Shown one piece after another: positions 22,738 through 34,966 of a stretch of DNA of 64,000 nucleotides (the first letter of the stretch is position 1; the number at the start of each line of letters is the position of its first letter). The DNA comes from Paraspadella gotoi (taxonomy: Eukaryota; Animalia; Chaetognatha), in NCBI GenBank assembly GCA_051294375.1, contig CM119265.1:10495042-10559041 (forward strand), read 5' to 3'. The notes beneath the pieces are model-generated. The model saw only the letters and a list, made by a program, of their open reading frames with translations, ran no database searches and was not told the DNA's origin. A program made the position numbers and the translations under genes.

Positions 22738-25700
22738 TCAACAGAGCGAAGATTTTAAGTAGACGTTTCCATCGTCGTCGACGCTCATCCTTTCTCCATC
22801 GACAGAGGGCGCGGAGAGAGAGTCTGCCGTCACTCCGTCCGAGCTCGGACCCGTGTTCCGACCGGAGCCCACGGGCTCAAAGTTAACGTACGCGGGCGTT
22901 GGTCCCGGGGAAATTGGCGCCACGGTCGACGGATCCGACTCTAGGTAGACATTTTTTTTGGAACGACGATTCGACGACGCGAGTCGAGTCAAGTCAGAGT
23001 CGGAAGCCGCGGCGAGATCGAAAACGGCGTAAGGCGACGAAGAACTCGACGCATCGTCTTCCGATAAATCGTCCTCGGAGGCCATCGACAGGACGCGAGC
23101 GACGGCGCGAAGGGAATTGAAGGCATCCGAGATTGAAGAGGAGGAGGAAGAGGAAGGAGAAAAAGAAGCGGAACGAGTTTCGAGGTCGACGACGAAGCCG
23201 AGAGCGGAGAGAAGATCGACGTGAAGAAGAGAAACGATGGAAGAGATGGAGAATGGGGAGGAGGAAGAAGATGAGGATGAGGAGAGCGAAGCCTCGTCAC
23301 AGACGTTGCGGAGAATACGGAAGAGAGAAGAGGAAGAGCAAAATTCCTCCGTCAAAACCGAAGCGAGTTTTTGGATCACGTGATACGAAAGAGAGAGAAG
23401 AGCCTCGATCAGAGCGAGACCTTTGGGAAGTAAAAGGAGCGGATCCGAGAAGGGTGGAGAAAAGAAAGAGGGATGGGAGAAGTCACTTTCGAAACGAAAT
23501 CCAAGCTGAGCTAAAAACTGTCCCCAGGTATGAAGAGTTGACAGATCGGGAGTTGAAGGTACAGAGTTTGACTGAGAGAAAACGGGATCGTGCTGTGAAA
23601 AAAAACCGGAATTAGTTGACAACCATATACTATCTAGGAAAAAAGTATATCACATAATTGTTGAAAAATTTATATTTTTATAAAAATTATTAAAAAAATA
23701 TATAAAATATTCTTAATATTTGATATGCCCTACCTCTGCATCGATTACTGCATGCATTTGTCTGGGCATGCTTTTGTACAACGAATTTAGGTATTACAGT
23801 GATATATTTTCCACACCTTTAATGCAATTCTTTTTAACCACGATATTGATGTTGCGCGTCTTTACCTCTTTTCTGAGAGCTATAATGATATTTTTTTAAA
23901 CAAAAAAAGTGCAATGACTTTAGCATTGCTAAATTAAAAAAAAAAAATCTTAAAAGCATAAGGATCTCCGCAATGACGACAAATTTTGATACTAAAAAAA
24001 TCAATTTGAAAAAAAAAAATTAAAACCAGAAAGAAAAAGAAGAAAAGAATAAAAAGAATAGAAAGGAAAGAAAGGAAAGAAAGAATAGAAAAAAAAAGAA
24101 TAGAAAGAAAAAAAGAATAGAAAGAAAGAAAGAATAGAAAGGAAAGAAAGAATAAAAGGAAAGAAAGAAAAAGAAAGAATAGAAAGAAAAAAGAAAAGAA
24201 AGAAATGAAAGGAAAGAAAGAAGAAAGGAAAGAAAGAAAGAAAAAAAAGAAAAAATAGAAAGGAAAGAAGAAAATAGAAAAGGAAAAAAGATAGAAAGGA
24301 AAAGAAGATAATAGAAAGAAAGAAAGAATAGAAAGAAAAAAAAAAGGGAAAAAAAAGAAAATTAATTTATAAAACAGAAAGAAAAATTCTATTTTGCGAT
24401 GTCAATTTACCAGTTAAGTTTTTAAAAAAAAAAAAACAAAAAACCAAAAAAAAACTTTTTCATTTTCAAAAGAATAAATATAAAACAGTAAATAACTTAT
24501 TTTCGAGTTTAATTTTTAGCAAGTAACATTATTGAAGGTACTTTTGTTTTACTTTAAGCACGCATAAGCGAGCAGTTTGATTGAATGCGACCTCTCTAAA
24601 CACTGTCAGCTTTCCCAGACAAAAGACAAAGTGAAACTTGAATCAGACTGACGAAGTGAAGTAAAGACTAAAGTGAAATAAAAACCCGATGTTACTATAA
24701 CAAAATGATAACATGCACGAATGCGATGCCTAATTTTACGAGTTCAATCCCAATTCAATTTTTTTTTTAATAAAAACACAGAGAGAGAGAGAGAGAGAAA
24801 GAGAGAAATCAAATGGCAGCAGCAGAAGCAGCAGGAGAAAGAGAGAGAGCCCCTGCAGAGCCAGCTGCAGACTCAAAAGGCAGCAGCAAAAGCAGCAGGA
24901 GAAAATAAAGAAAAAGAATAAGCCCCTGCAGAGCCAGCTGCAGACTCGTTTTTTTCCCTATGATTATGAATCAGTGAATAGGGAAAAGAGAGAGGGAGAG
25001 AGACATGTAATTAAAAGAAAAAAAAAGAGAGAGAGAAAGAAATATGAAAATAAAAAAAAGAAAATTTGTTTGTTTTGATAAAACGTAAACAAAACATATT
25101 TAATAACTGTCCAGACTCAATTTTAAGCACATCGATGATGAGAAGATGTATATAAATTTTCAGCTTCATAAACCCAAATTTAATCATAAAAAGGCGATCT
25201 ATAATTTGGAATAGCGATTGCGACGATAAAAAAATAACTAACATTCGAAATAAAAACTAATTTAATACTAATAATAATAAAAATTAAATATGGTTTTTTA
25301 TCATTTTTCATTTGCAGTAATAATCTTTTTTTACCTGTTACTTCTAAACGATTTGACCTACAAAAAATGGAAGGAAGCTACTAAAAAAAAATGATTTAGA
25401 AACATTCTGATTTTTTAAAAATCGAATAAGTTTTCGAATAGATATCCTCTACTAAAAATGTGATATACTTTTTTCCTAGATGGTACAGTAGAGTGATGTG
25501 AAAATAATAAATTTTTTTTAAATTTAAATTTAGCATATAAAACATGAAAACAAATACTTATTTTTTAATTTTATACAATAGTGGTAGAGCCAAACTTGAT
25601 TTGGGAACCTTCCAAAATAAAACTTTTACTGGACCAGAAATTTGTTATATGGCTAGAAGCACTAATAATTAATTTTTTAATATTTATTTATTTTCGACTG

Positions 25701-28700
25701 TTTCGCCTGAAGCTTTTACCTATTGTTTAAAATTTAAAATTTACCAGAAAGATCGTAAAAAACCATAACAATTTTTTTGTGGCGGTATGGCGGGGGGACA
25801 TGTGTGATGCCTGGGGTGTGAGGCATCTCCCGACAGCTGGCGCTCAGGGCTTTGGACCTGCAGTGACCACCCCATGTCACTGGCGTGTTTATGACGACAC
25901 CATCACACTTTAACCAGCGTGACCATGAGGGGATTTAACCCGGAACTCACAGTTGGTGAAAGAGTACTGAGCTGTCCAAGCCAATGGGACGAGCTGAGTT
26001 TCAGCAAGCTATACGGGAGGCGAATTTAGGATTCGCCACAGCGGTTTTATTTTTCCCGAGCGCATAGAAAAAATAAATCTCCCCACATCGTTCAGCATAA
26101 ATCATTAAATTTAAATTATCCCCTAAAAACTTACTCTCTCGAGATTCAGCCACGCTCGGTGCATGAAATTGTAAACCGCTTTCAACTCGCGTTTTTGCAT
26201 TTCTTCCTCGCTCGCCTCCGCCTCGTTCTCTGACTTTTTCCTCGTCGTCAAAGCCGTCATCGCGGCGCGCGTCAACGCCCTCTCTCGTCGTTCCAGCCTG
26301 ACCTCGGAACAGCGCGAGATGAGATTAAGCGCCGCCCACGACGCCACATCGGAATCGAAGCCACCGCCGATGGCGTTCGTCATGTAGTGGGCGTGGCGTT
26401 GGGATTCGGCCAAAGCGGCATGGACGGGTTTCCGATCGATGAGGTTTTTGTAAAAATGTTTGAAGAGTGTCTTAGTAGCGGTGGTTGAGACGCTGAAGGA
26501 AAAAAAATGATAAAATAATTAACAGAGGAGGATTTCGCCTGCCGTTCCATTCTCCTCTTCTTTCCTCCTCCTACTGCCCCTCGGTATATTTTGTCTCGCG
26601 ATACATTCTCTAGTTTCTACTCTTCGCGAAATATACGATTTTTTCCCTCTATTTCCTCACGCCTTCAATACGCCTCAAGATTAATAAATTAATTCGCTAC
26701 ACTATAAGTATGAATAATTTAACACTCACGAGGGAAATAGCGAAATGACGACAGCGCCGACACCTGCGTCCAGAAAAGCGTCTACCAGAAGCTGCGGCGA
26801 CGGTGACGCCTGTGACGACGACGACGTTTCGTGTCCGAAAGACAATACCACGACTTTGACGGCATCGAGACAAAGAGCCGCAATCTCTGTCGGCGTCAAA
26901 AAAGCGCCAGAATGAAGCGCCGTTTCGTCAAAATTCTCGGACGGCCTCGATGTCTCGACATCTAAATCCGGGAGGGAGTCTTTTGGATGGGCAAGAACAA
27001 TAACGGGAGAGGAAAAGATGTGGAGACAAACGCAGTTGAGATGAACGACTTCAGACTCTGGAAGAAGCTGAAGTAGAGAAGATTTTGTAGCCGCGGAACC
27101 TAAACGTAAAACGTAAAACGTAAAACGTGTCCTTTTACTAAAGTGAATTTCATAGACTTACCAAGAAGGGGCCTTTGATTAAACATCTCGGCGATCATCG
27201 TCGCTTCGGCGACGGCCAGGGGCGAATCCTCAGTAGCGTTGGACGGGTTTCCGATAGCGATAATTGGAATCTTCGCCTCCACCGCTTCGGCCGCAGAAGC
27301 CGCCGCCTCACCGCCGTCTGAAAGACTTTGCTTCATAACCAAATCGAATCTTTGGAAGAGAAATGGGTCTTTCTCCGATTTTCGTAACAAAGCAAAGGGA
27401 AGGAGAGACAAAGAGTCAGAATCCCCAACGACGACGATTTCCAGTTTCGGCTTAGAATTCGCCTCGGCGACTTCGAGATGCCGCTCGAACGGTTCCAGCG
27501 TTAACCGGTAGAGGGCGCCGATCGATGTCGGGTCGGCCAGTTCTGGAGATTCGTCCCGACGCCGACCGCGAATAACTGCGTCGTTGACGTAAGAGACGCA
27601 GTTGGAATCCGTCGACGTTTCGTTGTTGCTCGACACCGTGAAGGATTGACGAAGATGATCCGTCAGACTCGGCGTCTTTTCGAAAACTCCGCGCGTCGGC
27701 GAATCGAGCGGCGCGCGATGAGAGGCGACGACAACGCCGTCACGAAGCAACCAAGAGAGGAGATGATGATCTGCGAGGCTCAAGTAGATGACCGGATGGT
27801 CGGTGTTTAGTACACGTTGGTCGTCCGAAGTTCGTTTCCCGTCTCGTCTTGAATCTTTCAGGTAAAGACTCGCTCTCTTCTCGGCCATCGACAAACTCGC
27901 TTCCGTTTCGTTCTTTAACATCATGGCGTTTTGCAACGCCTCGTAGGCTCGACGTAGTTTATCAACCAATTCCGCGCAATTTTTTTTCACGGGGTCCAAA
28001 CCGTCGAGGATTCTCGACTCGGCCGCCTGGCAGGCACGCGTGAGGGCGTCGAGGGATCGCGACAACGCCTCTTCGTCATCCGCGACCGATTTGGCCTTTT
28101 CCCAGAGGACGAATCCCTGGAGAAAAAGAGTGGAGTGATTCGAAGAGTCATCGATACGAGACAGAGTCTCTGCGTGATGAAGCGCCTTGTCGAAGTCGCT
28201 CGCTCGCGTCCAGAGGCGCGCGAGTGAAGAGAGCGCCATCGATTTGGCGACGGCGTCGCCGTTTTCAACGGCGAGAGCGAGATGCTCCTCCTGAAAATAA
28301 ATAAAGATCAGTTTCATTTATAATTTTGGTGATAAAAAAAAAAAAAAAAAAAAAACAGGAATAATGGTACCCTTACCTGCCACCCCAACGCCTCCTCGAT
28401 TTTGCCGGATTCTTCGCAGACGAGGCCCAGGCCTCCGCAGACCCTCGCCGTCAAGCCTTTCGTTAGTGAAGATTCTGGGTCCAACCGTTTTAGGAGAGGC
28501 AGCTGCGCCTCGTGATAAGACTTGGCAGCTACGAGATCGACACGTTGAAAAACCGAGGCTGACAGGGGGAGAGGGGGAGAGGGGAGGAGAGAGAGAGAGT
28601 ATCAGAGTTAATAATCTCGAACCTCAAAAGAAAATTCGTTCGCTGCAATAACAAAAACCTTTTCAAAACATTCTTTGATAAATCTAGTAAGATTTCTCAC

Positions 28701-31700
28701 CGAGAGCAGAGAGTGCCTCGCATTGTCCGATCGGATCACGAAGCTGTTGACAAATGTCGAGTTGATGATGGAGACACGAAGCCGCTTTGTCCGTCCGACC
28801 CAGGAGAGCGTGAAGGAGACCGAGTTCCCCGTAGGCGGCACTTAATGCCTAATTTTAAAACAAAAGGACTTTACAAGGAAATTTGAATTGTTACAACGAT
28901 TTTATTATTAATAAGTTGCAGACATGTTTCGACTCAGAGATTTTCGAGTCTTCAAAAGCGCTGATGAAGACTCGAAAATCTCTGAGTCGAAACATGTCTG
29001 CAACTTATTAATAATAAAATCGTTGTAACAATTCAAATTTCCTTGTAAATCTCTATACAACAACGAAAAGAAAGGATATACCATTGAAAACAAAAGGACA
29101 AATTTAGCTTTCAAAATATAAAAGGATAACTTCTGCCATAAGGACTTGAAGCTCAGTATTTCTTTCTCCCATCATCAAAACCTTCGAGTCCTTCTGAGTG
29201 GCGTGAGCCAGAACCAGGCGTTTCTCGAGCCAGGCGACGGCGACGGCGTCGTTGCCAAGCGACCGGTTTGCGACGCCGAGACCGCGGAATACGAGGTCCT
29301 GATCCTCGGGTCGAGTGGCCAATGACAGACAGAGAGAAAAAGTCTGTTGCATTGACTTGAAATCTGTTTCCGAGACAAGATACAATGAAAATTTTAAAAA
29401 GAGTAGTTTTAAAAACATTTTGATAATCTAGAAGTAATTAACTTAAGGCGGAACTGACAAATAAATAATAATAATAGTTTCATACTCGCCTTCGAGGACT
29501 TCCTGAATCTCTCCCATCAACAATAGACCCTTGATTCGCTCGGCGTTGACGCGCTCCGATCGTCGAACGCATTTGTCCAGCAACAGCGTTTGATGCTGAC
29601 GGAGCAGCGACGCCGCTTCGTCGAGGCGGCCCGACTCTAGAAAAGAGGTGGCCAGGTTTCGGTCCGCGACGGCCGAGGCGAAGGCATTTCCCGTTTCTGA
29701 ATTATGTCGTAAGTGAAAATAACTAAAAAAAAGACAAGTAAGAATACAAAAATAGCAAAACCCCACCGTCGGCGAGTCGCCGTTGCGCTTCAAACTCGTC
29801 CTGCGCCTGAAGGGCGGCGCCAAAGGCCAGCCTCAACTCGCCCATGAATCCGCGGAGTCGAAAGAGGGCGAAGTGGTCGGCGGAATCCTCGCGGAGTCGC
29901 GACTCTTTGGCGAAAAAGTGAAAGGCGTCCACGGAACGACCGAGTTCCTTGTGAACGAAGCCGAGGCAAGAGAGGGCCGAGCATTCGAGGGAGGAAGAGG
30001 AAGGGGTGGGCGAGACGGAGGAGGAAGAGGCCGAGGAAGATGCCGACGACAAGATAGACTTGGCCAGGTTGAATCCCGTGGCGAAGACTTGAGCTGCTTC
30101 TACGAGCCGCTTTTGTCGCAGTAAAGTGGCGCCGATGTAGAAAACGATGCGGCATTTACCCTCGTAATCCTTGACCAAAAAGCGATATTCGTTGATGAGA
30201 GAGAAAACATTTCTGGATCATGGACTTGACACCCTGATTCTTTTACCTGATGCAAATGCGCCAAAGCTAGGGCGAACCTAAACGCCTCCAAAGCCTTGGC
30301 GTGATTCTCCAAAGATGAGAGACAAAAACCAATGTTGACATAAGCGTTTCCAATCCCAACTCGATCTTTGGCTAATTTGCTGTAATAAAAAAAAAAAAAA
30401 ATAAATAAATAATAATAAAAATAAAAATCCGACCTCTCTTCCCCGAGTTCCTCACCTAACGGCCAGGTAGTTTTCAAAGGCTTCCCGCGCTTTATCGACG
30501 TTGTTCGCCCGCATTTGTGCGTGGCCGACATGATGCCACGCTTTGGCTTCCAACTGACGCGACGCTGCGCCCTTTAACTCGCCGGCTTCTACCAGCGAAG
30601 CATAGAACGGAACGGCGCGGGCAAAGTGACCCTGGGACACTTGAAGATGACCCACGTTGAAAAGGGCTGGAAAGGAGATATTTTTTCTTGAAATAAATGT
30701 CAATACTGTCGCAAATTTCAGCATCTTTTTTTACCTTTGACGAGGTCTTCCTTGATTTTCCCTTGGGCCTTCAACAACAAAGCGACGTGTTTTTGATAAC
30801 ATTGCAAGGCCCCTTCGACGTCGCCTCGAAAAAGACGCACGTTTCCCAAATTTCCTCGGACGGAGGCTTCCAAGGCTTCGTCGCCAAGAGATTGGGCGAT
30901 GGACAGGACGCGACTCTGAGATTCGAAGGCCTCATCGACTCGACCCAGGGAGAGTTGAGCCACGCCCACGTTGGACAAGGCCGTGGCGACGTCGAGGGAC
31001 GATGATGGAGAAGTCGACGCTTCGACAAGATTCAAGTGTTGCTGGTGCAACTTGATCGAAGCGTCGAAGTCTATAAAAAAATCTTAAAAGTATAGTGATC
31101 TCGCCAAAGAATTAATGAAAAAATCCAAAAAAATGTGATAATAAATTATTGATAGAACAATAATTGATTGATAAAATAGTAATTGATTGATTGATGTAAT
31201 AATAATTGATTGATGTAATAGTAATTGATTGATTGATATAATAGTAATTGATTGATTGATATAATAGTAATTGATTGATTGATAAAATAGTAATTGATTG
31301 ATTGATGTAATAATAATTGATTATTGATTCAATGTTTGATAGAAGATTATTATTGTCAAAAGCTTAGCTATTAGTCAGCTGGGATTTTAGGGTCGGTCTA
31401 AACCATTATGCCCTTTTCTTAGCTTACCACTTATAATATTATAACCATTATATATCTTATATAATATTAATAATATTAAGTTAATAACATAATAAATAAT
31501 ATAATTAACTATTATTGCTTCTCTCGGTTAAGCTTATTAAATATTAATTTATAAACATTATCAAGTAAAAAAATAAGAATAACAATGCGAGCATTTTATC
31601 ACTAACTTTAAGGTCAACAATAATAATATAAAATACCCCCCATTAAAGGGGTACATCGCGGATATAGAAATTAAAAATTTATAACCAAGAATTTTGGCTA

Positions 31701-34700
31701 CCCATTATATTCAAAATAATCCTAAATCCTATTTTTAATATTTTATACTTTAATACATCTATCTATTTACATTTATCAACTTTTTATGCTCTCATCAATT
31801 AAATAGTCATACTTTTTCATACTGTTTTCCCAGCTTTTGACAGCACCAATTTTGGAAAAATAGAAAAATATAGGAATATGAATCATAATAATTTAAAGAA
31901 CCCCAAATTTTCAGCTTCCTATGGTTACACAATTGAGCTATTTTTTTAATATTAAAACAGCGTGATGACGACAACATCGACGACAACGGTCAAAAGAAGC
32001 AGAAACGAATTAACATCTCGCCCAAGTCGGGCATTCGCCCGTCTGGCGAGATAAAAATTAAAATCAATGTGAATAAGATGTAACAGAATTTTTGGTTCCA
32101 AATGGAACCGGGATTCTTCATGGTTCTTCCACCAACAAAGTGAGCATCTGCTCTGCAAACGCGACATCTCCCGAGAGAAAAACGAAGAGGAAACCTCCTC
32201 TTCCCCGCCTTCTCTTCCCCTCCTGTACGCTACCTCAGTACGCCGACACGAGACAGAATCACTCGTAACCAAGCAAACAAGAGGGGGAATCCCGCGAAGA
32301 CTTCCGGTGAAAGCCACGCCCACTTGACCGGACGTCGTAGAAGAGGGGAAGAAACGCAAAAAGAACCAGTCCATGGACGAAAACCGGGCCTGGAGAAACT
32401 GACGGCCGGACGAGGCGACGGCCGAAAGAGCTGTCGGGCGATCAGTCGCGTCCTTGACGTCCCTGGAGCCCCGCCCCTACGCTTGAGAGGCGGCAAAGAC
32501 TTGCGAGACCGGTAGGACGGCGAGCGGGACTACGCGGACTGCCACGCCCACGCTTGCGGCTAACAGAACAGGCGCAATGAGGTGCCCGGAGCGGAGAAGC
32601 GAAGAATGGAACGCTTAAGTGACGTCTGTGGAGTGGTCTCCGAAAAAGAACACGTGGAGGGCGGAGAACTGGACAGAACTGTCTTGAGATCCGAAGGGGC
32701 AGCGTCGACAACTAAAACTCGCCGCCAAACCGACGAGGCGTCTCCAAGGGGCTTGGCAAGATCGTCAAGGTGGCCTGCGTCCACTGCACCGGGCCCCTCC
32801 GAGCGAAGGCCTCAACCATGAGGCGGAGCGTCAGCGACAAAGGACAGCATGAGCGGACGCTCCGGCGTCTCTCATGATGCGCTCAAAAGCCTTGAAAGCG
32901 CGCGTCGTCTTGGAGTCCTTCCGAGCGGCGTCGAACTAGACGGCAAGGCAACTTCTTGAGCAGGGGGAGAAAATCCGCCGGCGAAGAGACATCCGACCAG
33001 CGCCAAAAACGCGTATTGGCGGAAAACACGTCCCGACGGTAAAAGAACGTCGTCCTGGCCAACTCTGCGCAAGTCCCTCCACTGCTGAAGGACCCACTCC
33101 GAAGGCTGTACAGAAGCACGACGAGACAGGAAGATGCGTCGTCGACTCGCGCAGGTGGGGCTGACGAGGAAGGCGTGACACGTCACCCTCTCGGAGCGTG
33201 AAGGCCGATCCGCCGCCAAAGAGGCCGCCAAAGAACGCGAAGACTCCAAGTCGCTGGCGTACAAACGAAGAACGACGAATGGCGAACAGAGGCGTCCAAG
33301 AACCATGAAGAAAACGTACAGGAAAAAAGAGAAATCATTGAAAATAACAGTCTCAAAAAAAGAACCCCAAAAAACACCCACCAAACAAGAACAAGCGAGC
33401 CTGAGCCGCCCTCCACACCGGTGGTGCCAGGGGTGGACGGTGGGTGGTTGTTGGTGGGGAAGAACCATGAAGAATCCCGGTTCCATTTGGAACAAAAATT
33501 CTATCATGTATTCTTCCCCACCAACAAGACCAGGCGAAGGCCGACAAAAAAACAAACAAACAAAGTCGAGTTGGGTGGGGCACAGGAGGAAAACCCTCTG
33601 TACACCAATGCACGCCAAAAAAAAAAGGGAAAAACAAAAACGAAAAGAGAGAACTACCCGAGACTCTCCAATCGGAATGAGACGAGCGGCAAAAACTCCT
33701 AAATTGCAACGAACGCAGGAGAGCGTTGCTAATTGAGAGAACTAATGAGAACCTCCATCTGAGAGGCATACTCTGGCCTGATCAGAACAGCCGAATGGCT
33801 GGCGGTGGCGAAGGCGGAAGAGACATGAGGGTAGTCGAGTTGAAAAACAGCGCCTCAGTCCAAAAACGGAGAGCACTGGACAAACAAGGGGCCGAAAACA
33901 TAGTTCTTCCCCCTGCAGCCGTACTGTGCGCACTGGGCAAACAAGGGGGCCGAGTCACAGCTCTTCCCCCGCAGCCGCGCAGGGTGCGTCGAGAGGCAAG
34001 CGAAAGGGCCAAGTCAAGGCTCTTCCCTCCGAAGCCACGCACAACGAAGACGAGAAAGATGCGGCCGCGAAGAGAGAACTTCAAACCGCCACGTGTTGAA
34101 GAATATCTGTATTCTGAACTCCAAAAAAAAAAAAGAGAAACGAAAAAAAATGCAGAATTATTCAAAAATAATCAAAGATATTTTCGAAAAAAGCCGGGAG
34201 ACTGAGCGCAAAAGCGCGAACAGAAGAAGTGATTCTGTCTCGTGTCGGCGTACTGAGGTAGCGTACGGGAGGGGGAAGAGAAGGCGGGGAAGAGGAGTTT
34301 TCCTCTTCGTTTTTCTCTCGGGAGATGTCGCGTTTGCAGAGCAGATGCTCACTTTGTTGGTGGGGAAGAACTCCATGATAGAATTCATTATTTTACTCTC
34401 CAATTATGTAATCACCTCCGTTGAGAAAATAAACTCTTCCTAAGCTACTGCAGGCTCGCGCCTCGGCTTTCTTGTCCTGGGTCTTTAGCGCAATCTCGAG
34501 CTCCTTCTCGTGACAGGCGCGGGATCGATCAAGGTTATCGAGGCAACGCGCCGCGTGACCGATAGCGGCCAAAGCGCGCGCCTCCAGTTTCTTGTTTTTG
34601 AGCTCTTGGCTCAAAGCGAGGACGTGATTGTGGTGAACGATAGCCTATGGTGAAAATTGTAATTAAATTCGAACAACTGTAACGAAATGTGGGCTTACTT

Positions 34701-34933
34701 GCTCGTGGTTCTTTCCGTAGTGATGGGCGACCCCGAGGTTGGAATGCGCAAGCGCAGTCAAGGCGGATTCGTCCATTTCCTGAGCGCGGGCGAGCATTTC
34801 TTCGTGGCAGCTAATGGCTTCGCTGACGTCGCCTAGTGCCAAAAGGATGGAACCGCAATTTCCTATCTCTTTCACTTCCAACGACGATTTCTAAAAGACG
34901 TTAAAGCAAATTGTTTAAAATTTACTCGTTCAA

Positions 34934-34966
<33 letters not shown>

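Larger units (their letters stand above)
23630..25483 (-). mobile_element. Non-autonomous Tc1-like element (copy B)
   Basis: TA|CTATCTAGGAAAAAAGTATATCACAT ... ATGTGATATACTTTTTTCCTAGATGG|TA. Transposase relics are in the opposite orientation to copy A. Confidence 0.8.

Noticed and set aside
22738-23622. Stand-alone 294-aa ORF
   Set aside because: It has an acceptor at 23593 and splices in frame to TTC28 as its last exon.
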